43,365 nucleotides of DNA from a bacterium (GCA_041831495.1 JBHAST010000058.1:1-43365), one strand, 5' to 3'; shown: positions 30,049 to 41,601, counted from the first letter of the stretch. A program made the numbers and translations. The notes: generated by a model from the sequence alone, not told the origin.

Positions 30049-31548
30049 ATGGAGATGATGAAAAAAAACTCGCTTTCGTTCCTAGGATATGCCTTTTGAG
30101 GAGTGCTTTTCCTTGCTTGGATTCTCTTCCTTTTTTTTGATGCAAAGAAAGAAACCTTCTTATGAGCTGATAATGCTCAGCTTTCTCCAGCAAATGAAGC
30201 TTCCCAACTTTCAGGAGAAGATCCTCATCAGAATGCTGAACTTTTATCTGGGTTTTTACAGCAGGAAGAAGTGCTTACTTCCGAGAATCTTCAGAGCCTT
30301 GGAGAATTAAAGGAAAAAATTGAAGTCTTGGAGCAGCTTTTTGCCGAGCAAGCAAAGAGCGAACTTGCGAACCTCCTTTTAGAAGCTTATCAGCTTGATA
30401 AGCAGTTTGATACCGCAAAAAAGTTCTATCTAAGCCTGAATGAAGAGATGAAAGCTGACTTGGATCAGACTTTAGATTTTAAGCTGGGAATCCAGACTTT
30501 TTCTCAGACTTCAGATACTGAATATCGTAATCTCAAAGCCCTTTTGGAGCAGAAATATGAGCAGAAACTCTTTTCCTCACTTGAGAGAAAGTATTACGCG
30601 ATTGCTTTTGCCCTAGCTGATCAGCGTTATGATGCGGTAAAGGCTGGAATACAAGAGCTCTACGGCACAAAATATCAGGATTTTGCTCGTGGAATCCAGT
30701 CCGCCTTTGACCAATATGCGAACCTCAAAGATGTTCCTGCATATTACCAAGATGCCTTGCTCGCCTATCAGCTGATGAACGAGGGCTTCCTCGCTTTGTC
30801 CAAGAAAATGGCACTTTCGCTGGTAAATCAGTATCCTAACTATATTTTGCCGTATCAGATCCTCGCAAATGTTGATTTTTCTATGGGGAAGCGATCTTCG
30901 GCTGCTCGTTATTTTTCTCAGCTTTTGGAGCTGGATTATCAGGAGAAAAATCTCTATCTTTATCATTTAGGAGCTTGTTATTATCGTTTGGAGAAATATT
31001 CTGATGCCGTACTGTATTTGGCGCAGATTACCGATCCGAGTATTTTACTCGATTCTGATAGATATTTGATTTTGAGTTATCTCGCTCTTGGAGAAGAGGA
31101 AAGAGTTTTTTCAGGTTGGCAGAGATTACTAGGCTATCCATCAATCAAAAAATCAGATTTTTATTCTTTTTTTGAAGAGGCATTGCGAAAATCCTATCGC
31201 CTCTGAAAGTCCTCTCCTTACCTAAAAAAGAACGAAAAACTTGTCCAATCCTACCTTCTCGCTTGCAGTAAAAAGCTTTCATGAAGCGATGCTGAGGTTT
31301 GTCAGTATGGAGAACTCGGACTTGCTGCTCAGCAGGGAAAAATTTCAGATCTTGAAGTCCAAGTTTCCCGTTTAGCAAGAAAATATCCAAAATCTGAATT
31401 CTTTCTCCTTTTGGCTCAGCTTGCGGAAGAAAAATGAGATGAAAAAGAGGCAACTGCATCCTTGATGAGAGCCTTGAGTCTAACGAAATCTGCAGAAGAA
31501 AAAGCCTATCTTAAGGAGCAGATTCTCAAGTTAAATGAAGTAGAGTAG
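30049..31548 (+). CDS. Membrane-anchored TPR-like helical-repeat protein (499 aa)
   Basis: The frame of track piece 30271..31206 extends upstream through two TGA to ATG 30049 (MEMMKKNSLSFLGYAFGGVLFLAWILFLFF, a TM helix). It extends downstream through three TGA to TAG 31546-31548. TPR-like segments include AARYFSQLLELDYQEKNLYLYHLGACYYRLEKYSDAVLYL. Confidence 0.75.
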
Positions 31549-31669
31549 TCATTGTTTTTGTTCATTCAGGGATGGTATCCTTGATGATGGTTTTCTCTTA
31601 TTTTCAGCTATAATCAAAAAAAGAGAAGTCTGATGCTTCCTTTCTTATGTTGTGAATACTATTTCAAAC

Positions 31670-31747
31670 TGGGGCGACTGATGGGGTTCGAACCCACGAC
31701 CCTCTGGACCACAATCAGATGCTCTAACCAACTGAGCTACAGTCGCC
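31670..31747 (-). tRNA. tRNA-His (anticodon GTG) with encoded G-1 and 3' CCA
   Basis: The reverse complement is GGCGACTGTAGCTCAGTTGGTTAGAGCATCTGATTGTGGTCCAGAGGGTCGTGGGTTCGAACCCCATCAGTCGCCCCA. It folds as a cloverleaf: acceptor GCGACTG/CAGTCGC, an extra 5' G opposite C73, D arm GCTC/GAGC, anticodon loop TTGTGGT, T arm GTGGG-TTCGAAC-CCCAT. Confidence 0.9.
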
Positions 31748-31924
31748 ATTACCTCCAGCAAATACTATACAGAAAGTTTCAGGAATTTCAAGAGATTTCT
31801 CAATAAAAAAATCTGAATTTATAGAATGTCAAGTCATTTGAGAAGGAAAGGTATTTAGATTTTTCTTTTTTCTTTGATTTTGGTTATACTTAGCGTGAGG
31901 ATTTTATTTCCTATCAAAAATTCA

Positions 31925-34900
31925 ATGCCGACTTCATTAGAAACTCTAAAAACCAGAAAAGAAACGATTCGTGAGGAGCTTGATCAGCTTAAATCGTTAT
32001 CACAAAGCCAAGAAAAAGAGCAAAAACAAGAGAAAATTGCTAGTGAAATTTCAAAGCTTGATCAGGAACTTCAAGCCTACTTGGCTCAGGAAAGTGATAC
32101 AGCAAAAAAAGCAGAAGCACAGGAGATTGCAAAAGAGCTAGAAAGTTTTTCTTCTGCGTTGGAAGATTTGAAGCAGGAAGTGATAAAAAGTCAAAAACCT
32201 GAATCTGAAGCTGTGAACACTGAGGCTTCTTCTTCAGCCAAAGCGACTCCAACAACGGAAGAGAAGAAAAATTTTCTGCAAAAAGGAATGGATTGGATCA
32301 AGGGGGACGAAAATGAGACGCATCATACTGCGAAAGCAATTGGTCGTGGTGCTTTGGTCGCTTCTGGAGTGGGTATTGGAGTGTATGGGCTTGGAAAGCT
32401 TTTTGGTTGGTGGGGAAAGAAAGAAGCATCTGCTTCAAACTCAGATACTTCAAAAAAAGAAGAGAAAAAGGGTTTCCGAAATTCTGGTTTTGGAAAATTT
32501 TTGAAATGGGCTGGGATTGGTGCTGGTGTAGGAACTATTGGTTATCATCTTGGAAAAACGTTTGGTTGGTGGGGGGAAGACTGACCGTGAGAATGAGTAG
32601 ATGCTACCGATAATGCAAAAGATCAAGCAGAGAATACTGCAGAACTCAAAGAAAAAAATCCTGAAAAATTTGCCAAATATCAGGGAATGTGAGCAAATAT
32701 TGATAATCAATATCATCAAATTATGAAAAAAGAGCTAGATGCTGGTTGGTCAGGAATGAGTATTGCTGATGGCTATGTAAAATATGCAGACAAAACCAAA
32801 CTTAGCAAAGAAGATTTCCAAGCAACCGTGCCAATGTGTATTGATAATGAATTTAGCTCAGTTGAAAACTTGCTTTCTGAAGGAGGATATTATGGATATT
32901 TGAGAGAAAAAAGTCTAGGTGAGATCAAATCTTTTCTCATTGGTAAAGGGAAAGAGTGGATTGGTAAAATTATGGGACCTTATCTTGTAAATCTTACTTC
33001 TTTTATTCCTTTTATAGGAGATGATTGGTCAGAATCGTTGACAAAGTGGTTAGAGTCTGGAGAACCTGCGGAAAGAGAAGCAGAATTAAAACTTTTTTTC
33101 AGACAATATGCTAAAGTGGTAAATTACACACAAAATATTCGTGCTAGATTGATTGAAAAAATTGCAGAAGAGAAGTTTAAGAATGTAGGAGAAGATTTTT
33201 CTACTTTAGAAGATGCATTAGACGATGAAGAGCGACTCACAACACATATCTATTCAGATGCTCGTTATAAAAACTTTATGGGAGGGAAGCTTCATCAAGC
33301 AATTGATGTCATGAAAAGTCAATCGCTCTTTGATGCTCAGCTCTCTGTGAGAATGAAAAAACAGATGGATGCTGCAGATGCTCAGAGAGACACAATTTTG
33401 AAAGCTAAAGATGGCAAAGATGCTTTGCAAAGACTACAAGAAGCAAATGGAAATCTGACTCCTGAGCTCAATCGTGAGGGGATTCAGGTTTGTAAAGATA
33501 TTACTGAAGACCTCAAAGAAAACTTTGATAAAGATTGGAGTTATCTTTATTTTGGTTCAGCTCATGCAGCGATAAACTCGGATCAAAAGAATATTCAAGA
33601 GTTTCTTAAAGAATCAGGTCTGTGAGATTTAAAATCAGGAATTCTTGATTCCCTCAAACATTTTGAACAAAAATTTGCATCAGGACAGATGAATTCTGCA
33701 GATTTAGAACTTTACAAAAATCAGATCAATAGCTACTTTGCTATGAAAAAAGAGATTCTCATTGGTGCAGAATCAATTCAACAGATGAAAGCAGACAATA
33801 GCAGTATCATAGAGAGAATCCTCAATGTTGGAAGTGCAGTAGTAGGAGATGTCCTCCATCATACAGGTCAATCTGTAAAATCCTTCAAAGATGGAAATTT
33901 TATGACATGATGGCTTCAGGCAACATTGCCTTTAGTGATTTGAGGGGAAATATTTATTGGATTTGGGAAATATAAAGGAAGTAAAAAAATAGAGAACCGA
34001 GCAAGATTTATGCGTAATTCCAATCTCTTTTCTCTTGCACGAAACATCAAAGGCAAGCTAATCCGTCGTATGCCAAATAAAAATCTGAATTTTATGCCAA
34101 ATTGGCTTTTATCTTCAAGATATAATATTCCTCATGGAGATCAACTCCTTTTTCAAGATATTATTGAGGGAAAAATCAATGGAGAAAAGGCTCAAAGACT
34201 GATAAAGAAGGGGAATAGTCAGTGGAAGCATGGAGAGTGAATCAATTCACTCTCTGAATTTATACAAAAAGTAGCAGGAAAAACTGATACCGAATTGCCA
34301 GCAAAGCAACTGCAAATTCTCTTTAATAATGATGCTCAAATCTCATTTACTAAAAATAAGTCTTTAAGAGATTTGTTCTTTAGACAAGGAAAAATTGGAG
34401 CTTGGGAACAAACAAAGAGTATTTGGAACGGATATCGTCAAAAAATATATACCCCATCTGGATTTCATCATGTAGAAATTTTAGAAAAATTTATGGCTGG
34501 AGAAGCAGGTCAAACTTCACCATTTGCTAAACTTACAAAGAATCAGCAACTTTTGTTCAAAGAATTAGTTGATCAAGGAAAATTTACCAAGATTGAGGAA
34601 TTAGGTGCGATACTCAAAAATATTGATAGTATCAATTTAGAAAATGTTGAAATCTGAAAAATATCTCGTTTAGCCTCAGAATTGGGAGCTTCTTTAGATG
34701 ATTTTTTGGATCCAGCAAAACTTCAAAATAAAATCACTGCTTCTTTGCAAAAACCTCTTGATCAGACAGTTATTGCTGATGAAGCTCTAGATGCAGCTTC
34801 AGAAGCACTCCGCAAAAAGCCAATTTTCAATGATCTCTGAGAGCAAAAAAGACTTTTAGATGCAGAACTGGAAAGACTCCAACAACTTCCAAACAAATCC

Positions 34901-35356
34901 TCTGTAGATCAGGTTCGTATCAATAAACTGCAAACTCAGCTTACTGAACTAGAAAACTTTGAAAAACAGCTCTTGAACTGAGGAGAGGAGATGGTGGATC
35001 AGACCTCAGAACTTTTGACCCTTTTGAAAAAGGGAGGAAATCTGAGTGCAGCTATTGAGCAGCTTGAACTTTTGAAGAAACTTGAAGGAGAAAAGTTTGT
35101 GAGTAGTGTTATTGATCCAAAAACTGGGAAATGAATTGAAAGATCGCTTGATGAGGTGATCAAAAATCTTGATGATGTAGCGATTCGTTCTCTGAAAGGG
35201 AAAATCTCAGGAGTTAGCGATGATGCTCTAGAAAATCTAGCAAAAACTTTTGCTGATATCAAGGTTGCACAAAATGCAAAAAAACTCTTTAGCAATGCTG
35301 ATGAGTTTTTGACAGGAGTGAAAACGATGATCAAAATCTTTGCTAAAGTAACTTAA
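31925..35356 (+). CDS. Giant uncharacterised protein 'A' (1143 aa): N-terminal coiled coil, duplicated glycine-zipper TM hairpin, long helical body
   Basis: Track pieces 31874-32584, 32723-33625, 33689-33910, 34010-34240, 34295-34657 and 35156-35356 share a frame. The gaps contain only TGA (hand-checked). ATG 31925 to TAA 35354-35356. Confidence 0.8.
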
Positions 35357-35385
35357 GACTTTCTTTATTCTTGTTTCAGAGAACG

Positions 35386-38300
35386 ATGACAGAAGCAACA
35401 GAACAGCTCAAATCAGAAATCTCAGATCAATACCTCAAAGATTTTAAAGATGAACTCTGATGGATGAAATCATTGGCACTTTTGCCGATAGAAGAAAAAG
35501 TCAAAAAAATCCTGACTGGTGCCTTTCAATTGCCTGAAAAGTTTGATGAAGTCAAAGAGTTTGGTTGGTGGAAAGATATTATCAATTTTGTCTCTCCTAG
35601 TGTTGCAAATCAGATTTTTGACTTTATGAAAACAAAGAGACTAGAAATAGAAAAGAGAAAAACAGAAGATGAATTGCGTAAACTCAAAGCAGAGATTTTG
35701 TGAGAATCTGTTGAGGAAACTGCTCCAACTGGAACCCCTGCTTCAACTCCTGATACACAAACTCAAAATTCTTCAGATACTGTGCAAACTCCTGCATCAT
35801 CAGATATCGCTCCTGGCGAGAATGTATCTTCAAATATCAATTCTGCTCTAGCATGAGCGGGAACTGCAGCAATCTGAGTGCTGGCAACCAAATGAATTGC
35901 TTCTAAACTCAATGCTAGAGAACTGCAAAAAATGGCAGAAAATTTTGATACAGAAAAGGCTAAAAATCTCCTCAATAATGCCATTGATGCTTTGGAAAAG
36001 CAAAAGCAGACGCTCGCTTCTCGTTTGAGCACAAAGCAGATCGCAAACATTGACAAGCATATTGCCAAGCTCAAAGAGGGAATGACTACTGCCGATGATG
36101 ATGTGATCAAGCTCCTCAAGGCATGGCAACAGCTTGATACGAAACTTCCCAAAAAACTTTTAGTAGAAGCGGGACTTTCTGTTGCTCAGCTTGCTAAGAT
36201 TGAAAAACTTGCACCTCAGCTCATCGGAAAAGAGTCTCAAGCTCTCAAGGCAATTCTTGATCAAAATGGACTAAAAATCAGTGATGATATAATCTCTGCA
36301 TTGGCAAAAGCAGGGACGGAAGCAGAAATCAAAACCATGACCAGAATCCTCAAGCATGGAAGTAAAATCAATAGATTTACTCAGGCTTTTGCTGGTGCGA
36401 TGCTGATTGATGTTGCTTGTTTAGGGCTAGATGTATGGATGTATTTAGAAACGCAAAAAGAAGCAGACCTCATCGCAAAGGTAAACGAACTCAGAGCTCA
36501 AAATAAAAGAAATCAGGCAACGACTCAGCTTTGGATTGGTATTGGTTCGGTAGCAGCAGAGGTGGCGATTATTCTCACTGCAATGAGTGGAGGAACCGCG
36601 GTTTGAGGTCCCTTTGGAACGGTTGCTGGTTTGGTTGTGGGAGGGCTTTCTGCAGCTGCGAGTATGGGAGTGGATAGCCTTTATTTTGATGTGCAGGATT
36701 TCTATAAGCAGAACCGCGAAGATTTCCTCAGACAAAAACAATCTCAGCTCAATCAGGCCATTCTCCAAGGACTCCACAATCAAAAAGAAGGAGACAAAAG
36801 CCTGAATGAAAAACTTTGATCACCAGAACCAAGTCAGAAAGCACAATCTCTACAAGATGCGATCTGGTCAAGAATTTTCCTTGATGAACTGCAAAATGGA
36901 AACTTTGCGAGCTATGGTCCTTTTTGGGAGTATGTGCAGAGCGGGGAAAAGAAAGCTGATTTTGTAGATAAACTTACTGCTGATCAGTCGGCTGAGTTTA
37001 GGCAAAAACGAGAGGAGATTTCGCTAGTCATTGCCAAGAGAATGGAGTATGTCAATCAGGAACTCAAAAAAACAACCGTAATGCAGGCTTTGAAGCAAGG
37101 AAGAGGTATGCAAGCGGTTTCTACACTGATTACCCAATCAAAAGCATATGCAGAGCTTACATCGCAAGACAAGCGAAATCAAAAACTGTCTTTTGAACAG
37201 AATCTTGCGAAGTATAAGTCAAATTTTTTTGCTGATTTTCCAAAGCAAAAGCTAGAAAAACTAGAAAAAATAAAAAAATCTGATCCTTACCTCTTTCAAG
37301 AGCTGATGGCGACAGCTTCTTTGTCTTCTCTCATCAGGGAAACACAGACAGATCTCAACTATGATCAGAATGTAAAGCTCGTTGCGAAGTACCAAGAATG
37401 GCTGGATTTGACTGCTCCTCAGGAGGAAAAAATCAAACTAAAAATTCCTGATTCTGCAAAAAATATGAGATTTATAGAAAAGTTTTTGGAAGCTGATTTT
37501 GAAGTTGATAAGGTCGCTTTTCTCGGAAACTCGGCAGATCAAGTGAAAAACCTTATCCATCTCAGGCAAGAAAGAAATGCAGTGATGGAAATTTCCGATG
37601 GTCCGATACAAAATGCCTTGTATAGACTGGCAAAAGAGCTTTATGGTTATACTGGGGCTAATGAAAAGGAGGATTTGATGGCATTTTACGATGAAAGTAA
37701 TGGTGCTGTCCACGGAATCTACTACAAAGATGCACGAAAGGTCAATGAAGACTGGGCTATTGATAGCGGAATGAAGATGGGGAAGTGAACCGCAAAGCTC
37801 AATTCTGAAGCTGAAATCAATCAATATGTAGCATCTTTTATGAGCAGAAACTTTGAAACAATCGATCAAAACGGACATTCTATCAAAAAATCCGCGATTG
37901 ATACTCCAACAGAAACAATTGATAGCTATCTGCAAGAGGAGTTTGAAACACAGTTTGCTCGCTTGCTCAAAGAGGAATTGCTTACTCGCACTCCAAACCA
38001 CCAAAACAAGGTAAAAAATCAGATTTCTTCTTTTGTTCAACAGCAAGCCAAAAATGGTGAATATGTAGAATTGCCGTATTATCTCCTCTTGGCAGCGAGG
38101 CAAGCGGGATTAGGAGATTTGCAAAAGCATTTTTATACTCGGAAAAATGGGAAAATGGAGGTGGTTATGCTTCCTTCTGAGCTGAATAATGCCTATGGTT
38201 TAGATGCCAAAAAAACGTATTTGACCAAGACTCGTGAACACTTTTCAGAGCAAGAGCAGATCTATATTCAGAGAGTAGAAAATGCTCATCAACTACTGGA

Positions 38301-39465
38301 AAATCTGAGAAATCTCGGAGGAACAGCTTTTTTGAGAGAAGGCTTTGAAGATGAGCTAGATCTCCCAGCAGAAATTGAAGTACTGATCAGTGATAAATAC
38401 AAAGAATGGAATGCTTTTAAGTCCGATATCTTGCTTTATAGTGCAGAAAGTGCGACAAGTTCAGATATTGTGATGAAATATCAAGCATTTGCTGAGTATT
38501 TTGAGCATCTTTATCGTGGGATTTTGCTCAGTTTGGGCGATTTCAAGATGAGTAATGATGTGGATTCTTTTGCATTGTATCGTGGAGCATTGAGCTTATG
38601 AAGCCAAAATCTCTTTGATGAAAACGGAGGTTTGAAGTCAGATTTATCTTCTTCTTTTCTCCAAAATGAGCAGGTAAAAACTTTTTATGCTCAGCAGCTC
38701 AATAAGCACTCCATCTGAGGAAAAACACTTGCACAGCTGCGATCTTCTGAGGAAAGCAAAGAGCAGTCGCTAGCAAAAAGAGCAAGTGAAGCGATCCTTA
38801 CGGCAATCTTGGAGCAGAGTTTTCTGAAAAAAGCTAAAGATGGCAAGATTACGAGTATTGCAATCGGTGGACATTGGCTTGATACCGATAAAAACTCCTT
38901 TGCTAATGCACAAACTGAAGCTCTCATTCAGCAAAAACTTGCTCAACTCCAAAATCTACCAGATCTTGATAAAAATAGCATCGCAACTCTTCAAACTCAG
39001 CAACAAACGATCAAACCTTTGACTCAACACGAGGAAAAGCTGGTGCCTCAGGTGTCAGCGATTCAAAAGCAGATTGAAGCCACGATGAGCGAAGTTGTCT
39101 GGCAAGGAAAAAGGGGAAATCTGACCTACGATCCCGAGCAATCCACGATTTCTAGCCGAAATAATACCGTTGGAGTAGAAATTAAAGGAGATAAGCTGTA
39201 TCTCAAAGGTCTTGATCTAGCTTTTTCTCCTCAGGAACTCGCATGGTTTGCAAACTTTCGCAATCGAGTAAAACATAAATATCAAGGGAAAACTCTTGTC
39301 TTTGCAAGAGATTTGATGAATACTTCGTTTTCATTTAGGAAAACTTTTGTAGTTGATGGGACGATGTTGATTGCTAGATGAGACCTAGAAAAGCATTTGC
39401 CTTGCTGTAAAGATGATGCCGTGATGCAGAAAATGCTCGTTTGGCTTAATTCAGCTTTGAAATAA
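35386..39465 (+). CDS. Giant uncharacterised protein 'B' (1359 aa): N-terminal module, STP-rich linker, Gly/Ala-rich TM cluster, long helical C-terminus
   Basis: Track pieces 35464-35703, 35932-36606, 36631-36819, 36934-37788, 37840-38601 and 38809-39381 share a frame, and the gaps contain only TGA. ATG 35386 lies 29 nt after the stop of A. The stop is TAA 39463-39465. The TM cluster is FAGAMLIDVACLGLDVWMYL ... LWIGIGSVAAEVAIILTAMSGGTAVGGPFGTVAGLVVGGLSAAASMG. Confidence 0.8.
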
Positions 39466-39490
39466 TTTTACTTTAATGAGATAGAACACA

Positions 39491-40498
39491 ATGAATATAC
39501 TTAATGCACTGAATGAGATCGTTGAAGCAGTAAACGAAACCTCGGAAGACACAGCCACTGCAGAAAATCTGCTCAACCTTAAAAAAGAGCTTGCAGAGCA
39601 GATTGTTGAAAAAATGGAAGCTGAGAGCCCTGATCTTTTGCTTTCAATGGGGAGGGATTTTGTGGTTGATTATTTGGTAGATGAGGGAATGATGGATAAA
39701 ATCCATGATGCTTTTGTTGAAAAGGGCTTAGATGCTCTGACTTCTGTTTCTCCAAAACTTAAAGAGCTTAGAGAAAAATTAGGAAAAGTCTGAACGGAGG
39801 CGGAGCTTCAGCATTTAAAAGCTGAAATTTTACACGAAAATGTTGCTCCAGCTTCAGAAGCTGCAGCTTGAGCTGAAGTTACTTCTACTTCTCCAACCTC
39901 TAAACCTTCTTCTGAGGCTCTTGCATCTTCCCCTTCGGTTTCTAGCTCATCTTTTCAAGGTTCTGCTGTTGAATCTTCTTTTCGTGAGGCTCCAAACGAA
40001 CTTCTTGCTCCTGGGGTTTTGGGGTTTAATGCTGCTAAGATTCAGTCTTCTCCTTTTGAAAGAAGTCGCTCAGGAACAACGCTTTGTGCCAAGACCGCTA
40101 AAGAAAATGCAGAAAAATTCGGTATTGAACTGCCTTCGGGGAATGCGCGAGATGCTTCACAAGAGTTACCAATTGCAGAAAATTATATAACAAGTCTTCC
40201 TATAGACAAAAAAACTGAAAGACCACAAAGATCGCGAGAATCTTTGACGATTGAAGATTTTAATGCGATGGAAGGTGTAAATGTTGCAGATATTTACCCT
40301 GATTCTAAATCAAAATATGGGCATAGAGCACTTGCTTTTAGAGATGTTTCAGGGGAGCGAATGGTGCTTGATCCTTATATCAAAGTGAATGGAGTGAGAG
40401 ATAGAAAACCAAAAAAGCTAGAGGACTACCTGCAGGCGAGAAAGATCTTTAAAAGTCATTTCTATGTTGTGGATCATAATAAAAAACTTGTTGCGTAA
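39491..40498 (+). CDS. Uncharacterised protein 'C' (335 aa): N-terminal module shared with B, Ser-rich linker, C-terminal Cys...His peptidase-like domain
   Basis: Track pieces 39491-39793 and 40019-40498 are in frame across two TGA. ATG 39491 lies 25 nt after the stop of B. The C-terminus contains SGTTLCAKTAKENAEKFGIELPSGNARDA ... SKYGHRALAFRD. Confidence 0.8.
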
Positions 40499-40501
40499 AT
40501 G

Positions 40502-41455
40502 TTAGAGTTCCCAAACTTTATAGCTTACTCTAGCTTTGGGTGCTTGCTTGCCCTCGGCAATATACCTTCTAAACCAAGTTCTCTGCTTTTTGGCGAGGTG
40601 GTGAGTGTTTCTTTTGAGGAGTTCTTCCATTTTTTCTTTCCCATATTCGCCTTTAAGGTAGCCAACGACTTCTTTATAGCCGATGCCTTGCATGGATTGA
40701 AGCTCAGGTGCGTAACCTGCCTCTAAAAGTCATTTAACTTCCTCAATTAGACCGTTTTTGAACATTTCTTTGATTCTGGTATTGATGAGCTGATTGGTGG
40801 ATTCCTTATCTCTCCAAAGTCCGAGCATCAGGAGCGGATGACGAGGGGGCTGTTGAATGTAGCCAGCTGTCTTGGTGATTCAGGTTTTTTTGTAAATTTC
40901 CAAAGCTCTGATGAGATATCTGGTAGAGTTAGGGTGAAGCTTCTGGGCTTCTTCGGGATCTACTTTCATCAGTTCACGGTAGAGAAATCCTGATTCTTTC
41001 GCCTCTTTTTCTTCAAGTTCAGCTCTTAAAGTCGGATCAGGAGGGCATTCTGGCAGAGAGAAATTTTTGTAAATGCTATCAATATAGAGCCCTGTTCCTC
41101 CTACGATAAAAGGCACTTTTCCTCTCGCTAAAATCTCGTCCATCTGCTGATCTGCGGCTTCTTTTCGTTGACCTGCGGTATAGCTTTCATCAGGATTTAC
41201 AATATTAATTTGATGATGCGGAATTTTGGCTCTAATGTCCGCTGGGATTTTGTCCGTTCCGATGTCCATCATTCTGAAAATCTGCCTGCTATCGCTAGAA
41301 ATAACCTCCAAATCAAAAAAAGCTGAAAGCTCCACAGAAAGTCTACTTTTCCCTGTTGCAGTCGCTCCCCAAATGATGATGGTTCCATCAGGATTCTGAT
41401 TTTTGAATGTTGTGATCGTGCTTTTCGCATCATCTAAAATCGCAGAGAAATCCAT
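40502..41455 (-). CDS. miaA: tRNA dimethylallyltransferase MiaA (317 aa)
   Basis: The P-loop is GATATGKS, followed by DSRQIFRMMDIGTDK, FIVGGTGLY and AKKQRTWFRR. Track pieces 40880-41455 and 40502-40693 are in frame and joined by TGA. The gene is convergent with gene C, with a 3-nt gap. Confidence 0.9.
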
Positions 41456-41601
41456 TTGCTTTCATTTTAAAAAGGTTAAAAATCTGACTTAGAGTCTACG
41501 GAAAGGCAGAAAAGATGCAAGTCAGAAAGGATTTCCTTTCTCTTGATAATTTCAAGAATATTCTTACACTTGCATTACTTTACTTTTTGAGGAGTAGTAT
41601 T

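Noticed and set aside
26262-31670. Genomic island integrated at the 3' end of tRNA-His
   Set aside because: No direct repeat of the tRNA 3' segment could be spotted by eye, and no integrase is adjacent. It is left as an open possibility in the findings only.
37438-38103. 221-aa minus-strand ORF (and similar ones at 34999-35334 and 35763-36152)
   Set aside because: These lie antisense within giant genes A and B. The plus-strand frame stays open for kilobases with only TGA interruptions, which is far less likely by chance.
31925-40498. Prophage tape-measure or tail genes, or a conjugative T4SS, as an explanation for the giant coiled-coil/TM proteins plus a peptidase
   Set aside because: The window contains no capsid, portal, terminase, baseplate, relaxase, coupling-protein or VirB4-type genes, and housekeeping genes flank the locus. 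This possibility cannot be fully excluded without profile searches.
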